Positions 26,922-40,099 are shown, counted from the stretch's first letter. The stretch is DNA of 64,000 nt from Nitrospirota bacterium (GCA_023475105.1 JAMCWJ010000076.1:4951-68950), one strand, 5' to 3'. Notes: generated by a model from the letters alone, not told the origin. Numbers and translations: made by a program.

Positions 26922-28817
26922 ATGGCCGTGGCCGACGAGAAAAAGGGCGCATCGGACAAAATGAAAAGCATGTCGTGGAGGGTGATGCTCATGGTCGTCC
27001 TCGCTTTCATTTTCTTTTACGTATGGGGACAGTTATTCCCTGCGGGCGAGTCGGGGCTCCAGACCATCAGCTACACGCAGTTCATCGAGCAGCTGAATGC
27101 GGGAAACATCAAATCCGTCACGATAAAGAAGCTCCAGCTAAGCGGGGAATTCCTCAAGGAAGTGGAGATCACGGTTCCCGAAGGGAAAAAGCCCGTCGCA
27201 GTGAAAAAGTTTCTCACCTACCTGCCTTCCTTCCAGGGAGAGGGTCTGATTTCGGAGCTGCAGAAGAAGAACGTGGTGATCACTGTCGAACCCGCGGAGC
27301 AGGAATCGCTTTTCTGGCAGTTCCTTGTCGGAATTCTGCCGTGGGCCCTTATCATCGGCGTATGGATACTCATCATGAGGAGGGCCCAGCAGGTGCAGGG
27401 CGGACCGGGCGGCCTCTTCTCGTTCGGCGCGAGCAAGGCTAAGCTCTATGACGTCAAAAAACCGAGCATCACTTTCAAGGATGTGGCCGGGATGGACAAC
27501 GTGAAACAGGAACTCAGGGAGACGATCGAGTTTCTGAAGGATCCCGGGAAGTTCAGGAGGCTCGGGGGCAAAGTGCCGAAGGGTATTCTCCTGGTCGGTC
27601 CCCCGGGCACGGGAAAGACACTGCTCGCACGCGCGACCGCGGGAGAGGCGGGGGTTCCCTTTTTCAGCATCAGCGCCTCGGAATTCATAGAGATGTTCGT
27701 AGGCGTCGGGGCCTCACGTGTGCGGGACATGTTCAAGAAGGCCAAGTCCTCCCAGCCGAGCATCATTTTTATCGACGAGATCGATGCGGTCGGCCGCACG
27801 AGGGGTACGGGACTCGGCGGAGGACATGATGAAAGGGAGCAGACCCTCAACCAGCTTTTGAGCGAAATGGACGGGTTCGAGCCCCATGAAGAAGTGATCG
27901 TCATGGCCGCGACCAACAGACCCGATGTGCTCGATCCCGCGCTCCTGAGGCCGGGCAGATTCGACAGGCATATCGTCATCGACAGACCCGGATGGAAAGA
28001 GCGCAGGGCGATCCTCGCTATTCACGTGAAGGACAAGGCGCTCTCCGAGGACGTGGACCTCGATACGATAGCGAAAGGCACCCCGGGAATGACCGGGGCC
28101 GATCTCGAAAATCTTGCGAATGAGGCCGCTCTTGTCGCATCGAGGAAGAACAAGGAAAAAATAGAGATGACGGACTTCGAGGAGGCAAAAGACATCCTTA
28201 TGATGGGACAGGTGAGGGAAGAGACAATAAGCGATAGAGAGAAAAGGATCACCGCCTTTCACGAAGCCGGACACACCCTCGTCGCCTGGAAGCTCCCGAA
28301 TACGGACCCGATCTATAAGGTGAGCATCCTGCCGAGGGGGATGGCGATGGGAGTGACGCAGCTCTTGCCCGAGGAGGACAGGCATTATTATCCCAAGACA
28401 TACCTTATCAGCAGGCTGAGTGTCGCCCTCGGCGGGCGCGTCGCGGAGAAGCTCGTCTTTAATGACGTGAGCAGCGGGGCCCAGAACGACCTGAAAGAAG
28501 CTACTTCCCTCGCCGAGAAGATGGTGGCGCAGTGGGGCATGAGTGAAAAGGTTGGGCCTCTGAACCTCGGGAGGGGTGAGGAGCATCCCTTCCTGGGGAG
28601 GGAACTTGCCCAGCCAAAACGCTACAGCGAAGAAATGGCGTGGCTCATGGATCAGGAGATACGGAAGCTCATCACAGATGCCGAGTCAAAAGCGGAAGAT
28701 ATCCTAAGAACCGACCGGAAAATCCTTGACGCCCTGGCAGAGGCCCTGATCAGGGAAGAGACCCTGGGCAAGGCAGAGATAGAAAAGATAATCACAGAAT
28801 CCGAATCACAAACGTGA
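26922..28817 (+). CDS. ftsH: ATP-dependent zinc metalloprotease FtsH
   Basis: Two TM segments, Walker [12 protein letters not shown], an SRH region and the Zn site HEAGH. Confidence 0.95.
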   Translation: MAVADEKKGASDKMKSMSWRVMLMVVLAFIFFYVWGQLFPAGESGLQTISYTQFIEQLNAGNIKSVTIKKLQLSGEFLKEVEITVPEGKKPVAVKKFLTYLPSFQGEGLISELQKKNVVITVEPAEQESLFWQFLVGILPWALIIGVWILIMRRAQQVQGGPGGLFSFGASKAKLYDVKKPSITFKDVAGMDNVKQELRETIEFLKDPGKFRRLGGKVPKGILLVGPPGTGKTLLARATAGEAGVPFFSISASEFIEMFVGVGASRVRDMFKKAKSSQPSIIFIDEIDAVGRTRGTGLGGGHDEREQTLNQLLSEMDGFEPHEEVIVMAATNRPDVLDPALLRPGRFDRHIVIDRPGWKERRAILAIHVKDKALSEDVDLDTIAKGTPGMTGADLENLANEAALVASRKNKEKIEMTDFEEAKDILMMGQVREETISDREKRITAFHEAGHTLVAWKLPNTDPIYKVSILPRGMAMGVTQLLPEEDRHYYPKTYLISRLSVALGGRVAEKLVFNDVSSGAQNDLKEATSLAEKMVAQWGMSEKVGPLNLGRGEEHPFLGRELAQPKRYSEEMAWLMDQEIRKLITDAESKAEDILRTDRKILDALAEALIREETLGKAEIEKIITESESQT

Positions 28818-28929
28818 TGTCAGTCCCGGAATCAATAGAACGGTGAACCGTAAATCGTCAGACGTAAAGTGTATGAGTAAAGGGCCTCAACTAACTCCTC
28901 ACGTTTTACACCTTACACTTCACGTGCGT

Positions 28930-31178
<2,249 letters not shown>

Positions 31179-31182
<4 letters not shown>

Positions 31183-31493
31183 TCCCTCTCCATCATGCAC
31201 CTGAGCGGGAACCCTTCCTTGCGCGCACGTTCGTGCACCTCCGCTACCTTGGTCTCTGCTATGTCCCGCGTATACACCCCGCACAACCCCATGCCCTTCT
31301 TGTGCACGTGAAGCATGATCTGGGTCGCCTCGGCAGGGGGCTTATGAAAGACCGTCTCGAGGATCCTGACAACAAAATCCATAGTCGTGTAATCGTCGTT
31401 CAGAAGAAAGACCCGATAAAGAGCAGGGGTCTTTGCCTCCTCCCGCACCCTTGTTTCAATGTCTTCGGCCGCCTTCAGTCCGCCTTCGCTCAT
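31179..31493 (-). CDS. clpS: Clp protease adaptor ClpS
   Basis: YRVFLLNDDYTTMDFVVRIL...THKKG core. The ATG at 31493 is preceded by AAGGAG. Confidence 0.85.
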
Positions 31494-31680
31494 TCTGCGC
31501 TCCTTACCCTCGCCCTCTTTTGATACTATTTTACCAGATTCCCGTAGGCTCCCACGAATTGACAAGCAACAGCTCTTTATTTCTTAATATGGGATGCTGA
31601 TGAGGCCCGGCCGGACAGCGATACGGTAGAATATACGCAATAGAGTAAAAAATCATAATGCACTGAAAAAAGGAACGGAT

Positions 31681-32583
31681 ATGAATCGCAGAGAGTTTTT
31701 GAAAGCGGGCACGATGGCAGGCATAGGGCTTTCCCTCCAGGGAATCGACGGCCTTGTGCGCTCCTCAGTGGAGGCATCCGAAAAGGCGGACCTCGCCGTG
31801 GCCCACGGCGCTTCTCCGGCCGCAATCACGAGGGCCGCGATTGACGCACTGGGCGGCATACGGAGTTTCATCTCGCGGGGCGACGTGGTCGTGATAAAGC
31901 CTAATATGGGATTTGACCGGCTGCCGGAACAGGCGGCGACCACCAATCCCGAAGTGGTGACAACCGTGGTTAAGCTCTGCTTCGAGGCGGGAGCAAAGAA
32001 GGTGAAAGTGTTTGACAGGCCGGTGAATGATCCGAGAAGATGTTATGTGCAGAGCGGCATCGCCCCTGCAGCATCCGCATTAGGTGCGGAAGTGAAGTAT
32101 GTTGATGAAAGAAAATTCAGGGACATGAAACTGAACGGACAGGTACTTAAAGAATGGCCGCTCTATACCGAAGTATTCGAAGCAGACAAAGTCATCAACC
32201 TCCCCATTGCAAAACAGCACAGCCGTGCCGTGCTCACCATGGCGATGAAAAACTGGATGGGGGTGATGGGAGGGAGAAGGAACAGCATCCACCAAAAACT
32301 CGATGAAAGCCTTGCCGACCTCGCCTTGGTCATAAAGCCGGTGCTTACCGTTCTCGATGCGGTCCGCATCCTCGTTGCCAACGGCCCTCAGGGAGGAGAC
32401 CTGAAGGACGTGAAGAAGCCGGACACCGTGATCGCGGGTGTCGATCAGGTAGCAGTGGATTCGTACGGCGCCACGCTCTTCGGCATGAAGGGCAGCGACC
32501 TCGGCTACGTGAGGATCGGGAACAAGATGGGCCTCGGCACTATGGACCTCTCGAAGCTGAAGATTAAGAAAATAAAAGTTTAG
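31681..32583 (+). CDS. Tat-exported DUF362 domain protein
   Basis: Twin-arginine signal MNRREFLKAGTMAGIG. The body matches the DUF362 pattern (VVIKPNMG..., INLPIAKQH) from memory. Confidence 0.65.
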   Translation: MNRREFLKAGTMAGIGLSLQGIDGLVRSSVEASEKADLAVAHGASPAAITRAAIDALGGIRSFISRGDVVVIKPNMGFDRLPEQAATTNPEVVTTVVKLCFEAGAKKVKVFDRPVNDPRRCYVQSGIAPAASALGAEVKYVDERKFRDMKLNGQVLKEWPLYTEVFEADKVINLPIAKQHSRAVLTMAMKNWMGVMGGRRNSIHQKLDESLADLALVIKPVLTVLDAVRILVANGPQGGDLKDVKKPDTVIAGVDQVAVDSYGATLFGMKGSDLGYVRIGNKMGLGTMDLSKLKIKKIKV

Positions 32584-32676
32584 CATGATGGAACCAGGAG
32601 GAAATCGAGCGCTATATGTCATGCTGAATTCATTTCAGCATCTCGATAAACTTATAAGACCGGAACCAAGTTCAGG

Positions 32677-34239
32677 GTGACATTCTTAACCCATATGCAG
32701 AACCTCAGAAGGATTTCACAGGGAATATTTCTTTTTATATTCCTTTTCCTCTTTCTCCAGACGGAGTCAAAGGGAAAGGATGTTCTGGGTTACCCGGTAA
32801 AGATATTTCTCGATTTCGATCCCCTTATCTTTATCACAACGATCTTTTCGGCCCATGCTGCGGCAAAGTCCTTTTATCTCTCGATCGTCCTGATTGCGGT
32901 CACGCTGCTGCTCGGAAGGGTCTTCTGCGGCTGGGTCTGTCCCCTCGGCACTCTTCACAATATGGTCGGTTCCTTGAAAAGGGCGCGGCTCGCCTCCCCG
33001 GCCCGAAACTGGCACCGGGTAAAGTATTACGTCCTCATCGCCGTTCTCGCCTCCTCCCTTTTCACGCTCCAGCTCGCCGGGATCGCGGATCCCCTTTCTT
33101 TCCTTATCAGATCCCTTTCGGTCGGCATCAATCCCCCGTTTAACTACGGGACGAGGTCCGTGTTCGACATGCTCTATGATCTTAATGTGCGGGGCATTGT
33201 CGACGTGTCGGAATTCCTGTATTCACTGCTCAAAAAATACGTCCTTTCCTTTCAACAGCCTTTCTACCGACAGAGCGTCTTCATCGGGTCTCTTTTCCTT
33301 TTCGTCCTGGTCCTGAACCTTGTCGAAAAACGCTTCTGGTGCAGATATCTCTGCCCCCTCGGCGCGCTCCTCGGACTCCTTTCGAGATTCTCCCTCCTCA
33401 GAAGGTCGGTGAGTGAGGGATGTACCTCCTGCGGCGCCTGCGCCATGGCCTGTCAGGGAAATGCCTCCCCCGACAAAAAGGGAGAATGGCAGGACGCCGA
33501 GTGTTATTATTGCTGGAATTGTGATGATATCTGTCCTCAGAATGCGGTCGGCTTCGGATTCTCCGGAAAGAAGGCTGCCGCTTCCTTGGACCTCGGCAGA
33601 AGGAAGGTCATAACGTCGGCCCTCTCGGGGATCGTCGCGGTACCTCTGCTCAGATCGATCCCCCTTGCGAAGCCGGGCTTCTCGAATCCGCTGCTGATCA
33701 GGCCTCCCGGGTCTCTGGAAGAGAGAGAGTTCCTTAAACGATGCGTCAAATGCGGAGAATGCATGAAGGTCTGCATCACCAACGGGCTCCAGCCGACGCT
33801 CCTGGAAGCAGGTCTCGAGGGAATATGGTCTCCTGTGCTGGTCCCGGGGATAGGATACTGCGAGTACCGGTGCACCCTCTGCGGCCAGGTCTGTCCGACC
33901 GGAGCGATCAAGAAACTCGGGCTGCAGGAAAAGATGAAGACAAAAATCGGGCTTGCGATGATCGACAAAGGGAGATGCCTGCCTTATGCCCATGCGACTC
34001 CGTGCATCGTCTGCGAAGAGGTCTGTCCCACGCCGAAGAAGGCGATATGGTTTGAAGAAGCGAGAGCAAAAGACAGGCAGGGGAGGGAGAAGGTGCTCAA
34101 ACAGCCAAGGGTCGACCTCGAACTCTGCATCGGCTGCGGCATATGCGAGGCGAAGTGCCCTGTCACGGGCAGGCCTGCGATTTATATAAGCAGCGTCGGG
34201 GAATCGAGGTCGAAGGAGAACCAGCTGCTGCTTTCCTGA
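32677..34239 (+). CDS. NapH/MauN-like integral-membrane polyferredoxin
   Basis: TM region with CGWVCPLG and CRYLCPLG motifs, then four CxxCxxCxxxCP-type 4Fe-4S motifs. The start (GTG 32677 or ATG 32695) is uncertain. Confidence 0.7.
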   Translation: MTFLTHMQNLRRISQGIFLFIFLFLFLQTESKGKDVLGYPVKIFLDFDPLIFITTIFSAHAAAKSFYLSIVLIAVTLLLGRVFCGWVCPLGTLHNMVGSLKRARLASPARNWHRVKYYVLIAVLASSLFTLQLAGIADPLSFLIRSLSVGINPPFNYGTRSVFDMLYDLNVRGIVDVSEFLYSLLKKYVLSFQQPFYRQSVFIGSLFLFVLVLNLVEKRFWCRYLCPLGALLGLLSRFSLLRRSVSEGCTSCGACAMACQGNASPDKKGEWQDAECYYCWNCDDICPQNAVGFGFSGKKAAASLDLGRRKVITSALSGIVAVPLLRSIPLAKPGFSNPLLIRPPGSLEEREFLKRCVKCGECMKVCITNGLQPTLLEAGLEGIWSPVLVPGIGYCEYRCTLCGQVCPTGAIKKLGLQEKMKTKIGLAMIDKGRCLPYAHATPCIVCEEVCPTPKKAIWFEEARAKDRQGREKVLKQPRVDLELCIGCGICEAKCPVTGRPAIYISSVGESRSKENQLLLS

Positions 34240-34288
34240 GAGAAGGCCCCCTCTGTGGTCATCCCTTCTTTTGTGATACACTTTTAGT

Positions 34289-34822
34289 ATGACACCGCTC
34301 GCGATATGGTTGACAGGAATACCCGGAAGCGGAAAGAGCACTCTCGCTGAGGAGATAGGGAGACGCCACCCGGACTTCGTCGTCCTTCGGATGGATGAAT
34401 TTCGGAAGATCCTCACTCCCGAGCCGACCTATTCCGAGGAAGAGAGGGATATGGCGTACCGGTGCATCGTATACACCGCAGCCTGCCTTGTCGAAAACGG
34501 CCACAGCGTACTCATCGACGCCACGGGGCATCTGAGAAAATGGAGGGACCTTGCGAGACAGCTCATCCCGAAATACGGGGAAGTGTACCTGAGGTGCCCC
34601 ATCGAATTATGCATGCAGAGAGAACGGGAACGGAGCGAAACGCACGGTGCTCCGAAGGAGATCTACAAGAAAGGAGAGGCCGGCTGGCCGGTGCCCGGCA
34701 TCTCGGCGCCGTATGAAGCGCCCCTGAACCCGGAGCTCCTGATCGAGGCGGACAGGACCTTTATTCCCGAGGCGGTGCAGAGGATCGAGGAGCTGATTGC
34801 ACAACTCCAGGAAGACCTATAA
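34289..34822 (+). CDS. P-loop kinase, adenylyl-sulfate-kinase-like
   Basis: Walker A GIPGSGKST and overall similarity to the APS-kinase/AAA_33 fold. The substrate cannot be inferred. Confidence 0.5.
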   Translation: MTPLAIWLTGIPGSGKSTLAEEIGRRHPDFVVLRMDEFRKILTPEPTYSEEERDMAYRCIVYTAACLVENGHSVLIDATGHLRKWRDLARQLIPKYGEVYLRCPIELCMQRERERSETHGAPKEIYKKGEAGWPVPGISAPYEAPLNPELLIEADRTFIPEAVQRIEELIAQLQEDL

Positions 34823-36901
34823 CTTTACGGTGCCGAGACCCAGAAGGTTAAACAGGACAGAGACGCTGAAGTCACTCTCTCTCTTCGCAAATATCATGTC
34901 CACGCCCCAACATTGCTTCTGATATTTTATCTTTGCGATAAAGTCCCTGAGCCCTCCGCTTTTCGCGTCATACCAGAGATTCGTCTCAGTCGAGATCGTT
35001 TTGGAGAATGCGTAGTTCAGGCCCAGCGAGAAAAAGAGTATCTCCTGCAGCCTGTTGTACCTTTCCCCCATCGTAAGCGTCATCTTCGGGGGAAAACGCA
35101 TGCCGACATCGGAATTGATCGTCTCGATCCTTCCCGTATTGACATCATATTCCGTCTCGCCCCTGAACAACAGGGGCCTCTGGATGGCGGCCTCGAGCTT
35201 CAGCGGGAGAAAGGGACGGTCCCCCATATAAGAATCGAAGGGCTGGGTGATTCTTACCGTCAGAAACTCACCCTTGTCGTCCATGAACCTGTTGAGAACA
35301 GAGAGTTGGATCGTCGATGTCTTCGTGTAAAGCTCCGTCGAATCGAAGAGGGGCAGGTCCGATCCAACCGACGGTCTGAAGGTGTATCCGAGCGACGGTT
35401 CGATAACGTGGATGAAAGCGGGATACTTCCTGGTCAATCTCGTCTGAGCGTTGAGCGAGTAATCGAAGCTTTCCCTGTGCGGCGAACTGCCGAAGCCGTC
35501 GCTCCTGACGAGGGAGTATGCGGTCTCCCGGAGCCCGAGTGTTTGGCTGATAACGATGTCGCTTCCGAAGGAATAGGCGATTCTCGGATAGAGATCGAAT
35601 CTTTGGCCCGAGACGTCCCTTTCCCTCCAGAAATTTGACAGGGTGGAGGCAAGGGAAAAAACGACCGGACCAATCCGCCGGGGATTCATGAAATACCCTG
35701 CCTCAGGGAGCCTTTGCGCAACAGTGCCCTGGTCCACACCCTCTTTCAGGTCCACAAGATACTGGGATGCGAGAAACAGTCTCGAGTCGTTCTCAAACCT
35801 GAGGGAGACCTCTCCTGTCGATTCGAGGAACCTCCCCGTAGTGACACTCAGGTACGAGGCAGTATTGATCAGTCCTTTGCTTGCATTGACAAGCAAGGGA
35901 TCGTATTCCGTATAGAAGTCCCTCGAGTTGATGTAGTTCAGGCTGAGATAGCCCGTAAGCTTCGCGTCGCGCTCCCTATCATACACACCCTTGAGGTCCC
36001 AGAAATCTTCCTTGAGCGTGTTATCCCTGAGATGATATGCCCAGAGGTCGCCCTTCGATCCGTCGGGTTCGAGAAACCGGTACTCGAGGCTCTCTCCCAC
36101 GCCTCTCCCGGTGTAGACGTCGAGGGAAATCGTCGCGTCCTTGTTGTCCGAGATCGCCCAGAAGAAGGGCTGCTCGTAATGCACACCCTTCGATTTTGTG
36201 TAGCCCGGAACCGGCATGAGAAAACCTGTTTTTCTTTCCTTGCTCAGACCCGCAGAGAAATAAGGGGAATAGAGGACAGGTTGGTTTTCGATGTTGAAGG
36301 TCACGTTCTTCGCCTTCAACCGGTCGCCGACGAGCACATCTACGTCGGAGCCCCTGAAGCACCACGCAGGCACGGGCGCATCGCACGTGGTAAAAGAAGC
36401 CTGTCTCAGCGTATACTCTTTTTCCCCTACCCTTTCTATTTCGAGGCCTGAGACGTGGTAATTGTCCTTCCTGGAGTATATCTCCGCTTCGTAGAGAGTG
36501 CCTGTCTTTAATTCGAGGTCCAGATCCGCCCTTTTTGCCCTGATAATCACGTCGGGGTCGTCGTAGACGACACTCCCTTCCGCTGTAAGCTCCGATGTCT
36601 CCTCGTTATAGGACATTTCGTCCGCCTCGACGGTCGCCGGACCGCGTTTGACCACGGCATGACCCTTTGCCGTGTAGGTAAAGGTGCCGGCGTCATACTC
36701 GAGGCTGTCCGACGTTATCGTCGTGCCCTCTCCCGGACGCGGGGCAAAGCCTTCATCCACCGGCTTCGCCGTTGCGCCCATTCTTGCGTGGACAGGAAGA
36801 GCCAAAAAGAAGCAGAGAGCCTGGAGCACCGCGCAGAACATGAGAAGTGAACTTTTTGCGACAATGAGCCATAGGCTATCGGCTATGAAACTTTTTCTCA
36901 T
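34817..36901 (-). CDS. lptD: LPS-assembly protein LptD
   Basis: Signal peptide, an OstA-like N-terminal domain and a large C-terminal beta-barrel pattern. The ATG at 36901 overlaps the folC stop (ATGA). Confidence 0.8.
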   Translation of the reverse strand: MRKSFIADSLWLIVAKSSLLMFCAVLQALCFFLALPVHARMGATAKPVDEGFAPRPGEGTTITSDSLEYDAGTFTYTAKGHAVVKRGPATVEADEMSYNEETSELTAEGSVVYDDPDVIIRAKRADLDLELKTGTLYEAEIYSRKDNYHVSGLEIERVGEKEYTLRQASFTTCDAPVPAWCFRGSDVDVLVGDRLKAKNVTFNIENQPVLYSPYFSAGLSKERKTGFLMPVPGYTKSKGVHYEQPFFWAISDNKDATISLDVYTGRGVGESLEYRFLEPDGSKGDLWAYHLRDNTLKEDFWDLKGVYDRERDAKLTGYLSLNYINSRDFYTEYDPLLVNASKGLINTASYLSVTTGRFLESTGEVSLRFENDSRLFLASQYLVDLKEGVDQGTVAQRLPEAGYFMNPRRIGPVVFSLASTLSNFWRERDVSGQRFDLYPRIAYSFGSDIVISQTLGLRETAYSLVRSDGFGSSPHRESFDYSLNAQTRLTRKYPAFIHVIEPSLGYTFRPSVGSDLPLFDSTELYTKTSTIQLSVLNRFMDDKGEFLTVRITQPFDSYMGDRPFLPLKLEAAIQRPLLFRGETEYDVNTGRIETINSDVGMRFPPKMTLTMGERYNRLQEILFFSLGLNYAFSKTISTETNLWYDAKSGGLRDFIAKIKYQKQCWGVDMIFAKRESDFSVSVLFNLLGLGTVKL

Positions 36902-38304
36902 CTCAGCCTTGCCAGGGCGGGAGAAGTGCATTCCTCACCAAGATATTCTTTCGCTTCCCCTATCGTGTAAAAGGAACCGGTGATCACTATCAGCGTCTTC
37001 CGTCCTTTACGAGCCTTCTCTCTTGCCGCCTCTATCGCCGCCTTCACCGAGTCCGCGACCGCCGGCTGGAACCCCAGTGCCTGAGCCCGCCCGGCAAGCA
37101 CCTTGGGAGACGCGGCCCTTTCGTACCTGGGCGCAGTGAAGATCGTTTCCGAAGCGAGAGGCAGCAGGGGTTTCATGATCCCCTCCACGTCCTTGTCGCC
37201 CATGATTCCGAGAATCATGATCACCCTTTCATACTCCGGCAGGAAATACTCTTCCAACGCATGCGCGAGCGCCCTTGACGCGGAGGGGTTGTGCGCGCCG
37301 TCGATCAGAAAGTCATAGGTGCACCCTTCGTTCCTGATAAGCTCGAGCCTCCCCGGCCACCGCGTCCTGAGAAGTCCTTCCCTCACATGATCGTAGGAAA
37401 CGGATTCCTTTTCCATGATGAGCTCGAGTGTCTTCACTGCGACGGATGCGTTCTCGATCTGATGCATCCCGGGAAGGGGAACGTGCAGGGCTTCCAGCCG
37501 CACCTTTCCCTCATAGTCAAAAGTAATGCCGGAGGAGTTGGTATTTCTTGGATGAGAAGCGAAATCTCTCCCGTAGGCGAACAGACGTGTCCCTGTCTCC
37601 ACAGCCTTCCTGCCGATCACTTCCCTCGCCTCGGGCTCCTGGGATGACGAGACGACGGGGATTCCGCTCTTTATGATGCCTGCCTTTTCACCTGCAATCT
37701 CCTTCAGGGTCGCACCGAGGAATTCGCTGTGGTCACAGCTGATGTTCGTTATGACCGACACCTCGGGTACAAGGACATTCGTGGCATCGAGCCTGCCTCC
37801 CATGCCTGTCTCGACAACCGCCCATGCGACGCCTTTTCGCTTGAAATGGAGGAATCCCATAGCGGTGACAAATTCGAAGAAGGTGGGCAAAAGCGGCTCT
37901 TGACTCATGGCTGACGGCCGATCAATCTCCCTCCGGGAAAAAGAAAGGGGGGGGGGATTTAAACTCCGTTCCTTTTCTACGACTTCCCGTATCTCCCTCG
38001 TCAGTGCAACGATCTCCCTTTCTTCTATCTGACTATTGCCCACCTGTATTCTCTCCGTGAAGCTCACCAGATGCGGAGAGGTGAAGAGGCCAACCTTACA
38101 TCCGGCAGCCCCCAATGCAGAGGATATCATGGCGGAGGTAGAGCCTTTGCCGTTCGTCCCTGCAACATGAACCGACCTGAAGGAGTCCTGCGGATCGCCG
38201 AGCAGGGCCAAGAGTTTGACGGTGTTGGCGAGCCCTAACTTGATCCCGTATTTCTGCAGGCCGTAGAGATAATTGATCGCATCGTTATATTTCATGTTCG
38301 CCAC
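36898..38304 (-). CDS. folC: folylpolyglutamate synthase / dihydrofolate synthase
   Basis: Mur-ligase P-loop GTNGKGST, and FLIDGAHNP. The start is GTG 38304 or ATG 38295. The gene contains a 10-nt homopolymer at 37947..37956. Confidence 0.9.
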   Translation of the reverse strand: MANMKYNDAINYLYGLQKYGIKLGLANTVKLLALLGDPQDSFRSVHVAGTNGKGSTSAMISSALGAAGCKVGLFTSPHLVSFTERIQVGNSQIEEREIVALTREIREVVEKERSLNPPPLSFSRREIDRPSAMSQEPLLPTFFEFVTAMGFLHFKRKGVAWAVVETGMGGRLDATNVLVPEVSVITNISCDHSEFLGATLKEIAGEKAGIIKSGIPVVSSSQEPEAREVIGRKAVETGTRLFAYGRDFASHPRNTNSSGITFDYEGKVRLEALHVPLPGMHQIENASVAVKTLELIMEKESVSYDHVREGLLRTRWPGRLELIRNEGCTYDFLIDGAHNPSASRALAHALEEYFLPEYERVIMILGIMGDKDVEGIMKPLLPLASETIFTAPRYERAASPKVLAGRAQALGFQPAVADSVKAAIEAAREKARKGRKTLIVITGSFYTIGEAKEYLGEECTSPALARLR

Positions 38305-38644
38305 GGAGGTTCAAGGGGTCAAAGGCCGGGTATCCGAGTCCGCAGGCCCCGGGACCCTTCCGATGTTTTCCTTAGAAGTTTACCAGAGAGGCGCAGAAAA
38401 AGTCATTGAAAGAGGCGAATCTGACAGCGCAAAATCTTCCGTACAAGAAAGAAGGGCCAACGAGCCTGTCCAAGAGCTGCGAGTCCGACGAGAAGAGGTT
38501 CGGATCCTCCGGTCAAGCGGGGAGACGACAAAACGTGTCAAGACAGGCTCCGGACTCTCGACATTCGGGAATACCGTCAGGACAAGACAGAAAGACTTCC
38601 CGCCGCCAGTCAGGGAGTGAGGGCACAACATAAGGCGGTAATCG

Positions 38645-40078
38645 TCAGAAACCGGCCACTGCCGCGCGGGCCAGTTCGATGATGCCTGAAGGAAGCACTC
38701 CGATAAGGAGAACGGCACACGTCGCGACTGCGAGGGCGATGCCGTGCGGCGCCGACGTGGAGAGTGCGACTTCGGCCTTTGGCTCCTTCATGTACATATA
38801 CATCACGATCCTCAGATAGAAGTAAGCCGAGATGGCGCTGAAGATCACCGCCACGAGCGCAAGCCATGTGTATCCTTCCGCTACCGCTGCCATGAAGAGA
38901 TAGAACTTTCCGACGAACCCCGCCGTAGGCGGTATCCCCGTGAGGGAGAACATGAAGACGAGCATCAGGGCGGCGGCGAGGGGATGCGATTTCGCAAGGC
39001 CCTCATAATCGGTGATCTCTTCTCCCTTGAAACCTTCGGTCCTCAACATGATCACGACGCCGAAGGCACCGATGTTCATGAAGGCGTAGATGAAGAGGTA
39101 GTTCATCATGCTCGCAACACCGTTCCCTCCCCCGGCGATCAGACCGATAAGGGCATATCCCGCATGGGCGATGGAGGAGTAGGCGAGCATCCTTTTTATG
39201 TTCGTCTGTGAAATGGCGAGGATGTTGCCGACAGCCATGGTGAGAATTGCGAGAGGGATGAGTATGCCCGCCCAGTCCACCTGAAGACCTCCGAAGGCCG
39301 TGAGGAAGACCCTTCCGAAGACGGCAAACCCGGCGGCCTTCGGACCGACGGACATGAATGCGGTGACCGACGTCGGCGCTCCCTCATATACGTCCGGGGC
39401 CCACATATGAAAGGGCGCGGCCGCTATCTTGAAGCCGAAAGCCACAACAAAAAGTATCACAGAAAGCATCACGGCGGGATTATGCGCAACGCCGTTTGCG
39501 GCAAGGTAATGTGCGATGGCCTTCAGATTCGTCGTCCCCGTGAGTCCGTATATCATGGAGGTGCCGTACAGGAGAAAGGCCGAAGCAAAGGCCCCGAGGA
39601 GGAAATACTTCAATGAAGCTTCATTGGACTTCGTGTCGTGCCTGAGAAAGCCCGCGAGCACGTAAAGGCTCAATGCCATCAGTTCGAGGCCCAGATACAG
39701 GACGATGATATCCCCTGCCGAGGCCATGAGCATCATGCCGAGGGTCGAAAAGAGCATGAGGCTGTAATACTCCCCGAAGTTGACGCTCTCGATCTTTATG
39801 TACCTGATCGAGATAAGTACCGAGAGCACGAGGCTTACGAGGAATATGAGCTTGAAAAACGAGCTGTATCCGTCCGATATGAACATACCTGAAAATGCGG
39901 TCCCCGACGAGCCTGTCAGAAAAAACCCCACGACAGCCGCAATAACAATGGCGAGCAGCGCGGTAATCTCCTTCCTCCTGATGAAAAGATCCAGCATCAG
40001 CAAGACAAGCGCCAGACAGGTCATCACAATTTCCGGCATCAGAGCGGTCACATCGGGCATCTCAGTCAAAATCTTCAT
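38645..40078 (-). CDS. nuoN: NADH-quinone oxidoreductase subunit N
   Basis: 477-aa antiporter-like subunit (…LYLGLELMALSLYVLAGF…). It is the last gene of the nuo operon. Confidence 0.9.
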   Translation of the reverse strand: MKILTEMPDVTALMPEIVMTCLALVLLMLDLFIRRKEITALLAIVIAAVVGFFLTGSSGTAFSGMFISDGYSSFFKLIFLVSLVLSVLISIRYIKIESVNFGEYYSLMLFSTLGMMLMASAGDIIVLYLGLELMALSLYVLAGFLRHDTKSNEASLKYFLLGAFASAFLLYGTSMIYGLTGTTNLKAIAHYLAANGVAHNPAVMLSVILFVVAFGFKIAAAPFHMWAPDVYEGAPTSVTAFMSVGPKAAGFAVFGRVFLTAFGGLQVDWAGILIPLAILTMAVGNILAISQTNIKRMLAYSSIAHAGYALIGLIAGGGNGVASMMNYLFIYAFMNIGAFGVVIMLRTEGFKGEEITDYEGLAKSHPLAAALMLVFMFSLTGIPPTAGFVGKFYLFMAAVAEGYTWLALVAVIFSAISAYFYLRIVMYMYMKEPKAEVALSTSAPHGIALAVATCAVLLIGVLPSGIIELARAAVAGF

Positions 40079-40099
40079 TCCTCATCTCTCCGCATGCGT

